A stretch of 32,000 bases of DNA from Raphidiopsis brookii D9 (GCA_000175855.1 ACYB01000020.1:60001-92000), one strand, 5' to 3'. Positions 1 to 12,051 are shown, numbered from the stretch's first letter. Numbers and translations: made by a program. Notes: generated by a model from the letters alone, not told the origin.

Positions 1-101
1 GCTTTTCTGAATAATGGGTGGTGAATTTTTGCGGTTTGTTAGTGGTGAAGTTCATATATGGGAATTGGGAATATCAATTCTGTCGACGATGTTGTAGGCG
101 A

Positions 102-1073
102 TTATAGCATACAGGATAAAAAATCTTGTTTTAATTTTGTCCCATCTAGGTTCCTTCCGATAAAAACTAGTTCATTTTTTCTAGGTTCACTATATTTCCA
201 GGGTCTATCTGGTCTACCATCAAATATCATGTGTACCCCCTGAAAGACAAAACGCTCTTCTTCACCAGCAATATTCAAAATGCCCTTCATGCGAAAAATA
301 TCTTGCCCTTGATTGCGCAATAATTGCCCTAACCAAACATTTAATTTCTCCCCATCTAAGGCACCTGATTCTACTAAAGCTACTGAACCTATGCTATTAT
401 CATGTTCATGGGTATCTTCACCTAAAAAATTGGGATTTATTTCCAATGCTCTGGCTAAATCAAAGGCTCTCACATCTAATAAGGCATCCATGGATAGTTG
501 GGAATTTTGGGTATGGTAAATTTTAGCCATGGCGTTCATGGCACGAATTCGCTTTTCTAATTCTTCCAAAGTTTCTGAGGAAACTAAATCGGTTTTATTC
601 AACAAAATCACATCGGCAAAGGCTATTTGCTCCTGAGCTTCATCCGCTTCCCAGTGTTGCCAAATGTGTTTGGCATCTACAACTGTTACTACCGCATCTA
701 ATGATAGTTGATTTTGCATGTCCTCATCCACAAAAAAGGTCTGAATTACAGGCGCAGGATCTGCTAATCCGGTGGTTTCAATCACTAAATGGTCGAACTT
801 ATCCCGCCGTTTCATTAAATTACCAATGATCCGAATTAAATCCCCACGCACTGTACAGCAAATACAACCGTTGTTCATTTCAAAAATTTCTTCTTCCGCA
901 TCAATCACTAGTTGATTATCAATGCCCACTTCCCCAAATTCATTAATGATTACAGCTACTTTCTTACCGTGCTCGTAGGTGAGAATGTGATTCAGTAAGG
1001 TGGTTTTTCCTGCCCCTAAATACCCTGTTAAAACGGTTACAGGTATGGTAGTCGAGATTTCTGAAGCTATCAT
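102..1073 (-). CDS. CobW/CobP47K family GTPase (COG0523)
   Basis: 323-aa ORF with Walker A GYLGAGKTTLL, metal-binding motif NNGCICCTVRGD, and NKTD GTPase motif. Confidence 0.9.
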   Translation of the reverse strand: MIASEISTTIPVTVLTGYLGAGKTTLLNHILTYEHGKKVAVIINEFGEVGIDNQLVIDAEEEIFEMNNGCICCTVRGDLIRIIGNLMKRRDKFDHLVIETTGLADPAPVIQTFFVDEDMQNQLSLDAVVTVVDAKHIWQHWEADEAQEQIAFADVILLNKTDLVSSETLEELEKRIRAMNAMAKIYHTQNSQLSMDALLDVRAFDLARALEINPNFLGEDTHEHDNSIGSVALVESGALDGEKLNVWLGQLLRNQGQDIFRMKGILNIAGEEERFVFQGVHMIFDGRPDRPWKYSEPRKNELVFIGRNLDGTKLKQDFLSCML

Positions 1074-1359
1074 AATTTATCCACTTATCCCCAGTTTTTG
1101 ATAATCATTCTTTTTTTAACATAACTTTTGGCAGTTGCAATACCTTATTTTCTGGAAGGAATCACAGATTTGTTTGAAGTTTTGTAAAGTTTAGCAACAA
1201 TTTGGTCATAGTTGTTGCAGGAGTTGAGATGAAGGTGGTATGGTAGGCGAATTGTATGTTAAATGTTAAAGAAATATCTAGAACTAAATAATCCTCCTAA
1301 AACTAAGTCTTGTACTAATTTTCGTAAAATCTCGGATACCAAGTAGTTGGTCAGTTCCT

Positions 1360-3572
1360 ATGTCTTATCCGTTATACGTCGCTTTTATCTGGCATCAACA
1401 TCAACCACTGTATAAGTCACCCGCTAATAACCACTATCGTTTGCCCTGGGTGAGGTTACATGGCACAAAGGACTATCTAGATTTAATCCTATTACTGGAA
1501 AATACCCCAAATTGCACCAAACAGTAAATTTGGTCCCGTCTCTAATTCTCCAGTTGGAAGATTATATCAAGGGTAATGCTTTTGACCCCTATCTGACGGC
1601 CAGTTTGACCCCTGTGGAAAAATTGACTATAGAACAGAAAGAATTCATTATCCAACACTTTTTTGACGCTAATCACCACACTTTGATTGACCCCCATCCC
1701 CGTTACGGACAGTTATACCACCAAAGACAGGAAAAAGGACAGGAATGGTGTTTGTCAAATTGGCAATCGGTGGATTACGGCGATTTGTTGGCTTGGCATA
1801 ATTTGGCTTGGATTGATCCCCTATTTTGGGATGACCCGGAAATTTCAGCTTGGTTAAAACAGGGCCGGGATTTTACTTTGGGCGATCGCCAAAGGATCTA
1901 TTCTAAACAGAGACAAATACTAAGTCGCATTATTCCTCAACATCGGAAAATGCAGGAGAGCGGACAGTTGGAGGTGACTACAACTCCTTATACCCATCCC
2001 ATATTACCCCTGTTAGCAGATACTAATGCTGGAAGGGTAGCGGTGGGAAATATGACATTGCCCAGTTCTCGGTTTAACTGGGCCGAAGATATTCCTCGTC
2101 ATTTACGAAAAGCCTGGGATTTTTACCAAGAAAGATTTGGTCAGGTGCCAAGGGGTTTATGGCCTTCGGAGCAGTCCGTTAGTCCGGAGATTTTGCCCTA
2201 TGTGATCAAACAAGGATTCAAGTGGATTTGCTCGGATGAAGCGGTTTTGGGTTGGACTACAAGACATTTTTTCCATCGAGATGGAGCGGGAAATGTCCAG
2301 GAACCAGAACTATTATACCGTCCCTATAGATTACAAACTCCCGAAGGCGAGGTGTCTATTGTTTTTCGGGATCATAGATTATCGGATTTAATCGGGTTTA
2401 CCTATAGTTCTATGCAACCTAGGCAAGCGGTTGCCAACTTGGTTGGACATTTGGAGGCAATTTCTAGACAGCAAAAAGAGAGGTCAACTGAACAACCCTG
2501 GTTAGTCACTATTGCTTTGGATGGGGAAAACTGCTGGGAATTCTACCCGGAAGATGGCAAACCCTTTTTAGAAACTCTATATCAAACCCTAAGTCAGGAA
2601 CCTAATATTCAACTGGTAACGGTTTCTGAATTTTTAGACAAGTATCCCCCTACAGCTACTATTAATGGAGATAGGTTGCATAGTGGTTCCTGGGTAGATG
2701 GTAGTTTTACCACTTGGATAGGAGATCCGGTAAAAAACCGAGCTTGGGATTATCTTGTTCAAGCTAGACAAACTCTAGCCAGACACCCAGAAGCTACGGA
2801 AGAAAATAATCCCGCTGCATGGGAAGCTCTATATGCTGCTGAGGGATCAGACTGGTTCTGGTGGTTTGGGGAAGGACATTCATCAAATCAAGATGCCATA
2901 TTTGATCAGTTATTCAGAGAGCATCTTTATGGCATTTATAGAGCACTAAATGAACCCATACCTGCTTATTTAAATTCGCCCTTAGAAGTTCATGAAGTAA
3001 AAGCAGACCGTCGCCCAGAAAGTTTTATTCATCCAGTTATTGATGGTAAAGGGGATGAGCAAGATTGGGACAAGGCTGGTAGGGTAGAAGTGGGTGGTGC
3101 TAGAGGAACAATGCACCAAAGTAGTCTCATCCAGCGTCTTTGGTATGGGGTAGATCACCTCAATTTCTATTTGCGGGTGGACTTTAAAAATGGACTTACC
3201 CCTGGAAAGGAATTGCCACCGGAATTAAATTTACTGTGGTACTATCCGGACAGACCAATGGTAAACAGTTCCATACCTCTTGCGGAGATTCCGGATATGG
3301 CTCCGGTTAATTATTTGTTCCACCATCACTTAGAAATTAATTTGATTTCCCAAGCGGTTCAATTTCGAGAAGCTGTAGAAAATTATCAATGGTTACCCCG
3401 TGCTAGTCGGGCTCAGGTTGCTTTAAATACTTGCTTAGAAGTAGCAGTGCCATGGATAGATTTACAGGTTCCCCCTGATTACCCTCTGAGGTTAATTTTG
3501 GTTTTAGCTGATGATGGCTGTTTTCATAGTTATTTACCAGAAAATGCCCTAATTCCTATCGAGGTTCCCTAA
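1360..3572 (+). pseudogene. Glycoside hydrolase family 57 protein, interrupted by an apparent 1-nt frameshift near 1503-1508
   Basis: ATG at 1360 encodes MSYPLYVAFIWHQHQPLYKSPANNHYRLPWVRLHGTKDYLDLILLLEN. The protein then continues in another frame as ..LHQTVNLVPSLILQLEDY.. in the 686-aa ORF at 1512-3572 (TTG 'start'). HQHQP is GH57 motif 1. May be a sequencing error rather than a real pseudogene. Confidence 0.8.
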
Positions 3573-3594
3573 AATCTTTAAAATCATTCATCAA

Positions 3595-3626
3595 AAACGG
3601 TGGGGAGTTAGATTTCCCCACCGTTT
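3595..3626. terminator. Perfect inverted repeat, likely bidirectional terminator between convergent genes
   Basis: AAACGGTGGGG-agttagattt-CCCCACCGTTT: 11-bp perfect stem and 10-nt loop between the GH57 (+) and clpC (-) 3' ends. Confidence 0.8.
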
Positions 3627-3669
3627 AGGGTGTTCAGTTTGGGGTGTTTAAGTTTTTAAAAACTTCTCA

Positions 3670-6141
3670 CTACAGCTCGATAGTTGGAGCAACTAACTCC
3701 GGACGCTGTCTAGCTGTTACTTGGACAACACCATTTTCGTCTATGTCAACGTAAGCAATGTCCCCATCCTTGATTCGTCCAGACAGAATCTCTTCTGCTA
3801 AACTATCCTCGAGTAATCGCATAATTGCTCGACGTAATGGTCTGGCACCATAGCTGGGACTATAACCTTCTTGGATTAAACGGTCTTTAAAGCGATCGCT
3901 CACTTCTAAGGCAATACCTTTTTCCGTCAATCGACCAAAGACTTCCTTGAGCATGATGTCGGCAATTTCAGTAACTTCAGCCTTGTTCAACTGACGGAAG
4001 ACAATAATTTCATCCAGACGGTTTAAGAACTCAGGACGGAAATACTGCTTGAGTTCTTCATTCACCAAGGAGCGAATACGATTGTACTGCGATTCAGCTG
4101 CATCTTCAGCAAACTCAAAGCCAATACCGCTACCACCTTTTTCAATTACCTTAGAACCAATGTTAGAGGTCAAAATTAACAAGGTATTCTTAAAGTCTAC
4201 TGTGCGTCCTTTAGCATCGGTCAAACGACCATCTTCTAAAATTTGCAGCAGCATATTGAATACATCCGGGTGTGCTTTTTCGATTTCGTCAAACAGCACT
4301 ACAGTATAGGGACGACGACGTACCGCCTCCGTGAGCTGACCACCTTCATTGTAGCCGACGTAACCTGGAGGGGAACCAATTAACTTACTAACGGTATGAC
4401 GCTCCATATACTCGGACATGTCTAAGCGAATCATTGCTTCTTCCGAGCCGAAGAAGTAAGACGCTAGAGATTTAGCTAATTCGGTTTTACCTACTCCAGT
4501 GGGACCAGAGAAGACAAAACTAGCAATTGGGCGATTGGGATTTTTTAGACCTACACGAGCGCGACGAATGGCTCGAGAAACGGCCTTAACCGCATCCTCT
4601 TGACCAATAAGACGCTGATGTAGGGTATCTTCCATGTGTAGTAACTTTTCCGATTCGGATTCAGTGAGTTTATTCACTGGTACACCGGTCCAGGAAGCCA
4701 CAATGTGAGCGATATCTTCCTCCGTTACTACCGGTTCAACCCCCTCTGCACTGGTTCCATTAGCTTTGTTTTGGGCGATCGACCTAATTTCCGCCTTGAT
4801 TTCCATTTCTCTGTCACGCAGTTCTCCCGCACGGTCAAAGTCTTGGGAACGCACAGCATCATCTTTTTCTTTTAAAATTTGCCGCAGTTCCTTATCTAGC
4901 TCCTTAGCTGCTGGAGGTAACTGAGAATTAATTAGACGAACACGAGAACCTGCTTCGTCAACTAGGTCGATGGCCTTATCCGGCAAATAGCGATCGCTAA
5001 TATATCTATCAGATAGTTTCGCTGCTGCTACTAAAGCTTCATCAGAGATTTTTAACTTGTGATGCGCTTCATATCGATCGCGCAACCCATATAAAATTTC
5101 TATTGTTTCATCAACAGAGGGTTCGCCCACCATTACAGGTTGAAACCGTCTTTCCAGGGCTGCATCTCGTTCGATGTGCTTCCTGTACTCATCCAAAGTA
5201 GTAGCACCGATGCACTGTAATTCACCCCTGGCCAAAGCTGGTTTGAGAATATTAGCAGCATCAATAGCTCCTTCAGCAGCACCTGCACCGATTAAGGTAT
5301 GAACCTCGTCAATTACCAGGATGACATTACCCGCTTGGCGGATTTCATCCATGATTTTCTTTAGGCGCTCTTCAAATTCCCCACGATACTTAGTTCCTGC
5401 TACCAGGAGACCAATATCGAGGGTAACAACACGCTTATCCTCTAAGATGTCCGGGACATCCTTGTTAGCGATGCGGCTGGCCAAACCTTCAGCAATGGCC
5501 GTTTTACCAACTCCAGGTTCACCAATCAGCACCGGATTATTTTTAGTCCGGCGACCCAAAATTTGAATCACACGCTCGATTTCCTTGGCGCGTCCCACCA
5601 CGGGATCAAGCTTGTTATCTACGGCCATTTGAGTCAAATTAGAGCCGAATTCATCCAAGGTCGGGGTTTTTGTGCGACCCGAAGAACCGCCAGGAGTAAC
5701 TTCCGCAGTTTCTCCTAACATCCTAATTACTTGGGTTCTCACCTTTGACAAATCTACACCCAGGTTCTCTAGCACCCTGGCTGCTACGCCTTCCCCTTCA
5801 CGGATGAGACCCAACAGCAGATGCTCGGTGCCTATGTAGTTATGCCCTAGTTGGCGTGCTTCTTCTAAGGATAGCTCCAGAACCCGCTTGGCTCGTGGTG
5901 TAAACGGAATTTCTACAGCCACAAAGCCAGATCCCCGACCTATGATTTTTTCCACCTCAATTCGGGCATCTTTGAGATTGACACCCATTGACTTTAGCAC
6001 CTTGGCGGCCACCCCTGTTCCTTCTCCTATCAGACCCAGGAGGATCTGTTCGGTTCCGACAAAGTTGTGACCTAAACGGCGGGCCTCTTCTTGGGCCAGC
6101 ATGATTACCTTAATGGCTTTTTCTGTGAAGCGTTCAAACAT
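3670..6141 (-). CDS. clpC: ATP-dependent Clp protease ATP-binding subunit ClpC
   Basis: Two Clp_N repeats, two AAA+ domains ([26 protein letters not shown]) and a UVR-like middle region. The track ORF extends to 6243, but homology begins at [26 protein letters not shown], giving a start at 6141. Confidence 0.96.
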   Translation of the reverse strand: MFERFTEKAIKVIMLAQEEARRLGHNFVGTEQILLGLIGEGTGVAAKVLKSMGVNLKDARIEVEKIIGRGSGFVAVEIPFTPRAKRVLELSLEEARQLGHNYIGTEHLLLGLIREGEGVAARVLENLGVDLSKVRTQVIRMLGETAEVTPGGSSGRTKTPTLDEFGSNLTQMAVDNKLDPVVGRAKEIERVIQILGRRTKNNPVLIGEPGVGKTAIAEGLASRIANKDVPDILEDKRVVTLDIGLLVAGTKYRGEFEERLKKIMDEIRQAGNVILVIDEVHTLIGAGAAEGAIDAANILKPALARGELQCIGATTLDEYRKHIERDAALERRFQPVMVGEPSVDETIEILYGLRDRYEAHHKLKISDEALVAAAKLSDRYISDRYLPDKAIDLVDEAGSRVRLINSQLPPAAKELDKELRQILKEKDDAVRSQDFDRAGELRDREMEIKAEIRSIAQNKANGTSAEGVEPVVTEEDIAHIVASWTGVPVNKLTESESEKLLHMEDTLHQRLIGQEDAVKAVSRAIRRARVGLKNPNRPIASFVFSGPTGVGKTELAKSLASYFFGSEEAMIRLDMSEYMERHTVSKLIGSPPGYVGYNEGGQLTEAVRRRPYTVVLFDEIEKAHPDVFNMLLQILEDGRLTDAKGRTVDFKNTLLILTSNIGSKVIEKGGSGIGFEFAEDAAESQYNRIRSLVNEELKQYFRPEFLNRLDEIIVFRQLNKAEVTEIADIMLKEVFGRLTEKGIALEVSDRFKDRLIQEGYSPSYGARPLRRAIMRLLEDSLAEEILSGRIKDGDIAYVDIDENGVVQVTARQRPELVAPTIEL

Positions 6142-6358
6142 GGCATCCTTCCCATCACCTGCGTCGTGCCGGTACGTCGATTTTAGCACAAGCAAAACTT
6201 TTGGATATCCCCGTTGCCAAACAAATATAATATTCCCACTCAAGACCCGGTACTATATAGTTGCGGCTTTGTCAATCTGTGATAATTTTATTAAAAGTTA
6301 GTAAAATTTTACATAATATATTCTTATCTAAAACAGACAATGATGTTGAATTGATCTA

Positions 6359-6919
6359 CTAATTCTCCTCTTGTATTAGTAGCCAGGAGAATTGACCCAG
6401 ACGCTCTTGGACAAGAACATGCCATTTGTCTAATGTTTGCAGAAAATGGGGGTGTTGTAACTGAGAAATCCATAAAATCAAACCATCTTCTTGATTATCC
6501 TGATAATAACGGGGTCTAATGCCAGCAGTTTTCCATCCAAATTTTTTATACAAGGAAATTGCTGGGGTGTTAGAAACACGAACTTCTAGTGTAGCCCGTT
6601 CTAATCCCATGTCTACTGCGTCTTTTATCAGAGAGTATAATAAGGCTTGTCCTAGACCTTGCCCCTGATATTCCGGATGCACAGCTAAAATGGTAATGTG
6701 TGCTTCTTCTAAAACTGACCAAAAACAACCTATTCCTAGCAAGTCATGGCTGGGAATTAGTGAAAATAAACCGAGGAAGTGACTACTGATACTTTCTATC
6801 TCTTGGCGATAGCCCTCTATTGTCCACAGACCATCAAAACAAGCCTGATCAAGTTCTAGCAGGTCAGTTAAATGTTCTAAGGTCACGGGTTCAATTTTTA
6901 ATTCGGATAATTTCACCAT
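6359..6919 (-). CDS. rimI: Ribosomal-protein-alanine N-acetyltransferase (GNAT family)
   Basis: 186-aa ORF with GNAT motif A VHPEYQGQGLGQALLYSLI and RimI-like ATLEVRVSNTPAISLYKKFGW. Confidence 0.88.
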   Translation of the reverse strand: MVKLSELKIEPVTLEHLTDLLELDQACFDGLWTIEGYRQEIESISSHFLGLFSLIPSHDLLGIGCFWSVLEEAHITILAVHPEYQGQGLGQALLYSLIKDAVDMGLERATLEVRVSNTPAISLYKKFGWKTAGIRPRYYQDNQEDGLILWISQLQHPHFLQTLDKWHVLVQERLGQFSWLLIQEEN

Positions 6920-7063
6920 ACTTCCCCTGTTCTATCTTCTTTTTAGACCTTTTAGCTAGGTTTTTTGATAAAGTGGATGTCAGGACTTTAGCTCCCACCA
7001 TCAAAAGTTAACCCTAATCAACTCAAAAATCAACGCTTTAATCAGGACAAATTTTAATTAATT

Positions 7064-8458
7064 ATGGTATCGACTTACCCTGTCAAGGTTCAACCTTCCG
7101 GTTATCAGTATCTATCTATTGTAGATGTTTCTCCTAATCAGCAACTTCTACCTATAACTGCCAAAGTTATTGATCATGATTTCCTGGAAATTGGCGGATG
7201 TGATGTTAAAACTCTGGTTCAACAGTTTGGCTCTCCCCTCTATATCCTAGATGAACTAACTGTGCGCACCGCTTGTCAACAATATCGAGACGCTTTTACT
7301 AAATACTACAAAGGACATTCCCAAGTACTGTATGCTTCTAAAGCATGGAACTGTTTAGCAGTTTGCGCCATTGTTGCTTCAGAAGGTTTAGGAATAGATG
7401 TGGTATCTGGTGGGGAACTTTACACCGCTTTAACTGCGGGTATGAGTCCGGACAAAATCTACCTTCATGGCAATAATAAATCTCACCATGAACTGATGTT
7501 TGCCGTGGAGACAGGTTGCACAATCGTAGTTGACAACTGGTACGAATTAAGGACCCTAGTAGCTATCCTAGAGCAGGATGAACAGGACCAAGCTAAAAAA
7601 ATCAGGATCATGTTACGGTTAACCCCGGGAATTGAATGTCATACCCATGAATATATCCGTACTGGACACTTAGATAGTAAATTTGGTTTTGACCCCAATG
7701 ACTTACCAGAGGTATTTAGCTTTGTCAGTCAACAGTCAAGACTACACTGTGTGGGTGTACATGCTCACATTGGTTCCCAAATTTTTGAACGTCAACCCCA
7801 TCGAGATTTAGCCGCTGTAATGGTACAGTGGTTGCGTGAAGCAAAACAATACAATCTAGAATTGGCAGAGCTAAATGTTGGTGGTGGACTGGGAATTAAG
7901 TATACCGAGTCCGATGATCCCCCAAGCATTGAAGAATGGTCTAGGGCAATTTGTGAAGTAGTTCAAAATGTTTGCGCTGAAGAAAACTTACCCTTACCTA
8001 AACTTTTGTGTGAACCCGGGCGATCGCTGATTGCTACGGGAGGTGTGACTGCTTACACTATTGGTTCAACTAAGACCATTCCCGATATTCGTACCTATGT
8101 AACCATTGACGGAGGAATGTCCGATAATCCTCGTCCAATTACATATCAATCAGTTTATCGAGCAGTAGTAGCCAATAAAATGTCTGCCCCCCTAACAGAA
8201 ACGGTTACCTTAGCGGGTAAACACTGTGAATCGGGAGATATTCTGATTAAAAATGTCCAACTGCCAAAAACTGAGCCAGGGGATGTGCTAGTAGTTATGA
8301 CAACGGGAGCATATAATTACAGTATGGCCTCCAACTACAATCGTTTACCCCGTCCAGCAGCAGTTCTAGTAGCCAATGGAGAGGCAAATCTAATATTGCA
8401 ACGGGAAACCTATCAAGACATCATCCGACAAGATTGTTTACCGGGAAGACTCAAATAA
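7064..8458 (+). CDS. lysA: Diaminopimelate decarboxylase
   Basis: 464 aa; PLP-lysine region VLYASKAW; glycine-rich ELNVGGGLGIKY; CESGDIL. Confidence 0.95.
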   Translation: MVSTYPVKVQPSGYQYLSIVDVSPNQQLLPITAKVIDHDFLEIGGCDVKTLVQQFGSPLYILDELTVRTACQQYRDAFTKYYKGHSQVLYASKAWNCLAVCAIVASEGLGIDVVSGGELYTALTAGMSPDKIYLHGNNKSHHELMFAVETGCTIVVDNWYELRTLVAILEQDEQDQAKKIRIMLRLTPGIECHTHEYIRTGHLDSKFGFDPNDLPEVFSFVSQQSRLHCVGVHAHIGSQIFERQPHRDLAAVMVQWLREAKQYNLELAELNVGGGLGIKYTESDDPPSIEEWSRAICEVVQNVCAEENLPLPKLLCEPGRSLIATGGVTAYTIGSTKTIPDIRTYVTIDGGMSDNPRPITYQSVYRAVVANKMSAPLTETVTLAGKHCESGDILIKNVQLPKTEPGDVLVVMTTGAYNYSMASNYNRLPRPAAVLVANGEANLILQRETYQDIIRQDCLPGRLK

Positions 8459-8491
8459 TTAGCAACAATTAAGAGAGTCATCAAGCAGCTG

Positions 8492-9487
8492 GTGGGTTCC
8501 CTTGCGTGGTTATTAACCTTAGTTTATCCAGATGTCATGAGAAATTGGTGGAAGCAATGGCTGACGACAAACTTAGAATGGTCACAGTCCTTGCTGATTG
8601 GGGCTCTGGATATTCTCTTTGTGGTCGGTTTGACATATATGATTCTGGTAATTATTAGTGAACGTCGAACACTATGGATGGTGAGGGGGTTTATTTTTCT
8701 AATGTTGGCTTCAGCAATAAGTGGAGCTTTAAACCTCCTTTTACTCAATTTTGTTTTGGAGAAGCTAGTTATTGGTTGTGCCGTGGCCATGGCCGTGTCA
8801 TTACAGTTGGAGTTTCGCCGGTTTCTCGAACAACTAGGAAGAGGAGAATTTCGACAGTTATTTCAACCCCACCGATTAACAGTAACTAAATCTGATAGCG
8901 TAATTGATGAAATTGTTGATGCTATTAAAGAACTTTCCAAAAATCGTATTGGTGCTTTATTAATTTTGGAGACTACTGAACCTATCGATGAGCGGGACTT
9001 TTCCGTACCAGGAGTAAAGTTAAATGCACAAGTGTCTAAGGAACTTCTACAGACGATTTTTCAGCCCAAAACCCTATTACACGATGGAGCAACTTTAATT
9101 CGTGGTTCACGGATTATCTCGTCAGGTATAATTTTACCACTTTCGGGACGTACGGCCTCCCGTCAGTTGGGAACAAGACACCGAGCAGCTATGGGAATTA
9201 CTGAGCGAGTGGAAAATTGCATTTGTGTTGTGGTGTCAGAGGAAACTGGCTCTATTTCCTTAGCGGAACGGGGAACTTTATATAGACCACTGACAATTAG
9301 GAAGCTAAAGGAGTCTCTGGAAGCTCGTTTTTCTACCACTGTAGATCGGGAAGTCGTTGCACCTGGTGTTTTTGGTTTGGTTAGTCAAATTGCTAGTCAA
9401 ATTTTTAGATTTGTTTTCCGTTTATTTAGATTACCATTATCTTTTACCAAAAAAATCAGACTGAAAAATGACAATACAACAAACTGA
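8492..9487 (+). CDS. cdaA: Diadenylate cyclase (c-di-AMP synthase), membrane-anchored CdaA type
   Basis: N-terminal TM helices followed by a DisA_N domain with DGA (LLHDGATLI) and RHR ([12 protein letters not shown]) motifs. GTG start in the track; the ATG at MRNWWKQ is an alternative. Confidence 0.93.
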   Translation: MGSLAWLLTLVYPDVMRNWWKQWLTTNLEWSQSLLIGALDILFVVGLTYMILVIISERRTLWMVRGFIFLMLASAISGALNLLLLNFVLEKLVIGCAVAMAVSLQLEFRRFLEQLGRGEFRQLFQPHRLTVTKSDSVIDEIVDAIKELSKNRIGALLILETTEPIDERDFSVPGVKLNAQVSKELLQTIFQPKTLLHDGATLIRGSRIISSGIILPLSGRTASRQLGTRHRAAMGITERVENCICVVVSEETGSISLAERGTLYRPLTIRKLKESLEARFSTTVDREVVAPGVFGLVSQIASQIFRFVFRLFRLPLSFTKKIRLKNDNTTN

Positions 9488-10217
9488 ACTTCTATATTTA
9501 CCTCCCGATTTAAAACCAGAATTATTACCTAAACATGTGGCCGTAATTATGGATGGCAATGGTCGATGGGCCAAGGGTCAGGGTCTTCCCCGAATTATGG
9601 GTCACAAGCGGGGTGTGGACGCTCTGAAAAACTTGCTACGCTGTTGCAAGGATTGGGGAATCCAAGCTCTAACTGCTTATGCTTTTTCTACGGAAAACTG
9701 GAATAGACCACATGAAGAGGTGGAATTTTTAATGACTCTTTTCCAAGGGGTGCTACGTCAAGAACTACGGGAAATGGTTGAGGAAAATGTGGAAATTCAG
9801 TTTGTTGGTAATTTACAAGCTTTACCTGTAGCACTGCAGCGGGAAATCTCCCACTCCATGGCGGAAACCCGTGGTAATCAAAGTATTAAGTTTACCGTGG
9901 CTACCAATTATGGTGGTAGACAAGAAATTGTACAAGCTTGTCAAGCTATTGCCCAAAAAGTTAAAGAGGGTTTATTAAACCCAGAGGAAATTTCTGAGGA
10001 GTTATTTGCTGGTCACTTGTACACAGCAGGAATTGCAGACCCGGATTTACTCATCCGCACCAGTGGAGAAATGCGCTTATCTAATTTCTTGCTTTGGCAA
10101 ATGGCCTATGCAGAAATTTATATCACTGATACTTTGTGGCCAGATTTTGGCAGACGAGAATTCCATCTCGCTTTGCTTGCTTATCAACAAAGAGAACGAC
10201 GGTTCGGTGTGGTCTAA
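9468..10217 (+). CDS. uppS: Isoprenyl transferase (undecaprenyl diphosphate synthase family)
   Basis: [17 protein letters not shown] motif and [24 protein letters not shown] motif. Overlaps the cdaA 3' end by 20 nt. Confidence 0.95.
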   Translation: MTIQQTELLYLPPDLKPELLPKHVAVIMDGNGRWAKGQGLPRIMGHKRGVDALKNLLRCCKDWGIQALTAYAFSTENWNRPHEEVEFLMTLFQGVLRQELREMVEENVEIQFVGNLQALPVALQREISHSMAETRGNQSIKFTVATNYGGRQEIVQACQAIAQKVKEGLLNPEEISEELFAGHLYTAGIADPDLLIRTSGEMRLSNFLLWQMAYAEIYITDTLWPDFGRREFHLALLAYQQRERRFGVV

Positions 10218-10219
10218 AA

Positions 10220-10486
10220 TCAAGGACCGGAAAAAACCGCTTGCTCTATATCCTTTCGACTTAGGGAATACCTAAAGGAACGTTGGATATCTTGACCATT
10301 TTCCCCCGCTTGGATATACCTTACTGTCAACTGCTCAATATCCAGCCATAATTCTGCCTGCCATGTTTGCTTTTTTAACCGCCAACAATGTAGCTCTGTT
10401 TCGTCTTGTTGGCAACCTTGATACTTTAACCACTCTTCAATTTGTGGTAAGGGATGATTGTATAGCGGGGTCTCTGGGGATAACAT
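10220..10486 (-). CDS. DUF3143 family protein, cyanobacterial conserved hypothetical
   Basis: 88-aa ORF (LYNHPLPQIEEWLKYQGCQQDETELHCWRL) downstream of J-domain genes. Family name is from memory. Confidence 0.65.
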   Translation of the reverse strand: MLSPETPLYNHPLPQIEEWLKYQGCQQDETELHCWRLKKQTWQAELWLDIEQLTVRYIQAGENGQDIQRSFRYSLSRKDIEQAVFSGP

Positions 10487-10510
10487 AGATAATTAAAAAT
10501 CAATAAATCA

Positions 10511-10978
10511 CTATAGATCAATGGAAAAACCTGGCTCACCTCTTATAAATGCTACTAAGATTACCAGTATCAAACAACCTATTATTGTCAGACCCAGTAC
10601 AAGCAGTATAAATAGCTCTCCAGATGATAAAGGGCGATCGCTCGCCTCTAAATACATAGATTTAGAATAATCATGGGGTTTGGGAATTGAATCATTGAAA
10701 TTTGTAGGTGATGGAATAACCCCAAATCTGTAATAACCAATTTTTAAATCATAACTCAAACGACGTTCAGGATTACTCAAAGTAGCATAAGCTTCATTAA
10801 GCTGCTGGAATTTAGCAGTAGCAACCTGATCGGGAAGTTCCGTAGTATCTGGATGATAGTGTTTACTCATTTCCCGGTAAGCGCGGCGAATATCAATCAC
10901 TGATGCTGAGGGGTGAAGTCCCAGCAAAGTGTAATAGTTAGGGCGATCGCTTTGTACTTCTTCTCCAGTTTGATTCAC
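10511..10978 (-). CDS. J-domain protein with C-terminal transmembrane segment
   Basis: 155 aa; YYTLLGLHPSASVIDIRRAYREMSKHYHPD (HPD motif), then C-terminal hydrophobic LFILLVLGLTIIGCLILVILVAFI. Confidence 0.88.
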   Translation of the reverse strand: MNQTGEEVQSDRPNYYTLLGLHPSASVIDIRRAYREMSKHYHPDTTELPDQVATAKFQQLNEAYATLSNPERRLSYDLKIGYYRFGVIPSPTNFNDSIPKPHDYSKSMYLEASDRPLSSGELFILLVLGLTIIGCLILVILVAFIRGEPGFSIDL

Positions 10979-11058
10979 GGTTATGGTTCACCTTAATTGC
11001 ACTTGGCATTTACAAAAGAGGAGTATAACTTATTTCTTTCACTGAGTCAAGAACAGAC

Positions 11059-12051
11059 CTACCTGAGGTCACCTCTGGGCTTTAAGCTTTCTATTTCCCG
11101 TAATTTCTGATAAAGTTGTCTTTCCTCATCACTAATATTTTTGGGGGTGACGATTTGAATTTCCACTAGTTGGTCACCACGGTTACCAGCTTCCATCGGA
11201 TAACCTTTATTTGCCAACCGGAATCTTTGTCCAGATCTGACTGCGGGAGGAATAGTCATTTTTACCGGACCATCTAAAGTAGGTGCTTCCACCTGTCCAC
11301 CTAAAACCGCTTCACTGGGGGTTACAGGTACCTGACAAGAAATGTTAAATCCCTCCATTTTAAATAGGGGGTGAGGTTCAACAGTAATTTTTAAATATAA
11401 ATCACCCCCACTAATCCCCTGATTGCGTAAGCGGATAGTTTGTCCTGTGAGCATAGCGGGTGGCATAGTCACTTCCAAAGAGCGCCCGTCTTCCAGGCGT
11501 ATTCTCTCATTACCGCCTTGATAAGCCTTTTCTAAAGGTAAAGTCAGTCTAGCTTCAATATCTTTAGGGGGAGTACGGGAAGGATTATTAACAGTATAAG
11601 CGACTTTAGTACGAGGATTACCAAAAGGGTCTTGAGTAGTTGTATTAGGGCTTTTCTTAGTCTCCTTACGACTACTAACACCTATAACCTGATTAATAAA
11701 ACTTTCAAAATCTGGAAAATCGGCTGGATTGACACCCTGGTTAGTAGATTCACTAGGGCGGTTAGTACCCCAGCTCTTAGATTTTGCTGCTGTTTTAGCA
11801 CCTGTAAAACCCCTTTGTTGCCAGTAGCGACTAAACTGGTCATATTGGGATCTGCGAGCAGAATCGGAAAGTATTTCATAGGCCTCCCCAATCATCTTAA
11901 ACTTTTCCTCGGCCTCTTTGTTACCGGGGTTGAGATCGGGGTGATATTGTCTAGCCAATCGACGATAAACCTTTTTAATTTCTTCGTTGGAAGCATCCTT
12001 GGTCACTCCCAAAATTTCGTAATAATCGCGGAAATTCTGCAAATTTTGCAT
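11059..12051 (-). CDS. dnaJ: DnaJ/CbpA-type chaperone: J domain plus DnaJ C-terminal domain, no zinc finger
   Basis: 330 aa; [35 protein letters not shown]. The C-terminal substrate-binding domain is present; no CxxCxGxG repeats. Confidence 0.92.
   Translation of the reverse strand: MQNLQNFRDYYEILGVTKDASNEEIKKVYRRLARQYHPDLNPGNKEAEEKFKMIGEAYEILSDSARRSQYDQFSRYWQQRGFTGAKTAAKSKSWGTNRPSESTNQGVNPADFPDFESFINQVIGVSSRKETKKSPNTTTQDPFGNPRTKVAYTVNNPSRTPPKDIEARLTLPLEKAYQGGNERIRLEDGRSLEVTMPPAMLTGQTIRLRNQGISGGDLYLKITVEPHPLFKMEGFNISCQVPVTPSEAVLGGQVEAPTLDGPVKMTIPPAVRSGQRFRLANKGYPMEAGNRGDQLVEIQIVTPKNISDEERQLYQKLREIESLKPRGDLR

Noticed and set aside
58-243. 61-aa plus-strand ORF
   Set aside because: Overlaps the CobW-family gene antisense and shows no recognisable motif.
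7338-7523. Short minus-strand ORF inside lysA
   Set aside because: Antisense to well-conserved LysA sequence. The same reasoning applies to the other 60-90 aa ORFs inside clpC, clpB, glgA, ribD and crtO.
10006-10275. 89-aa plus-strand ORF in another frame of uppS
   Set aside because: Alternative-frame reading of a conserved UppS C-terminus.
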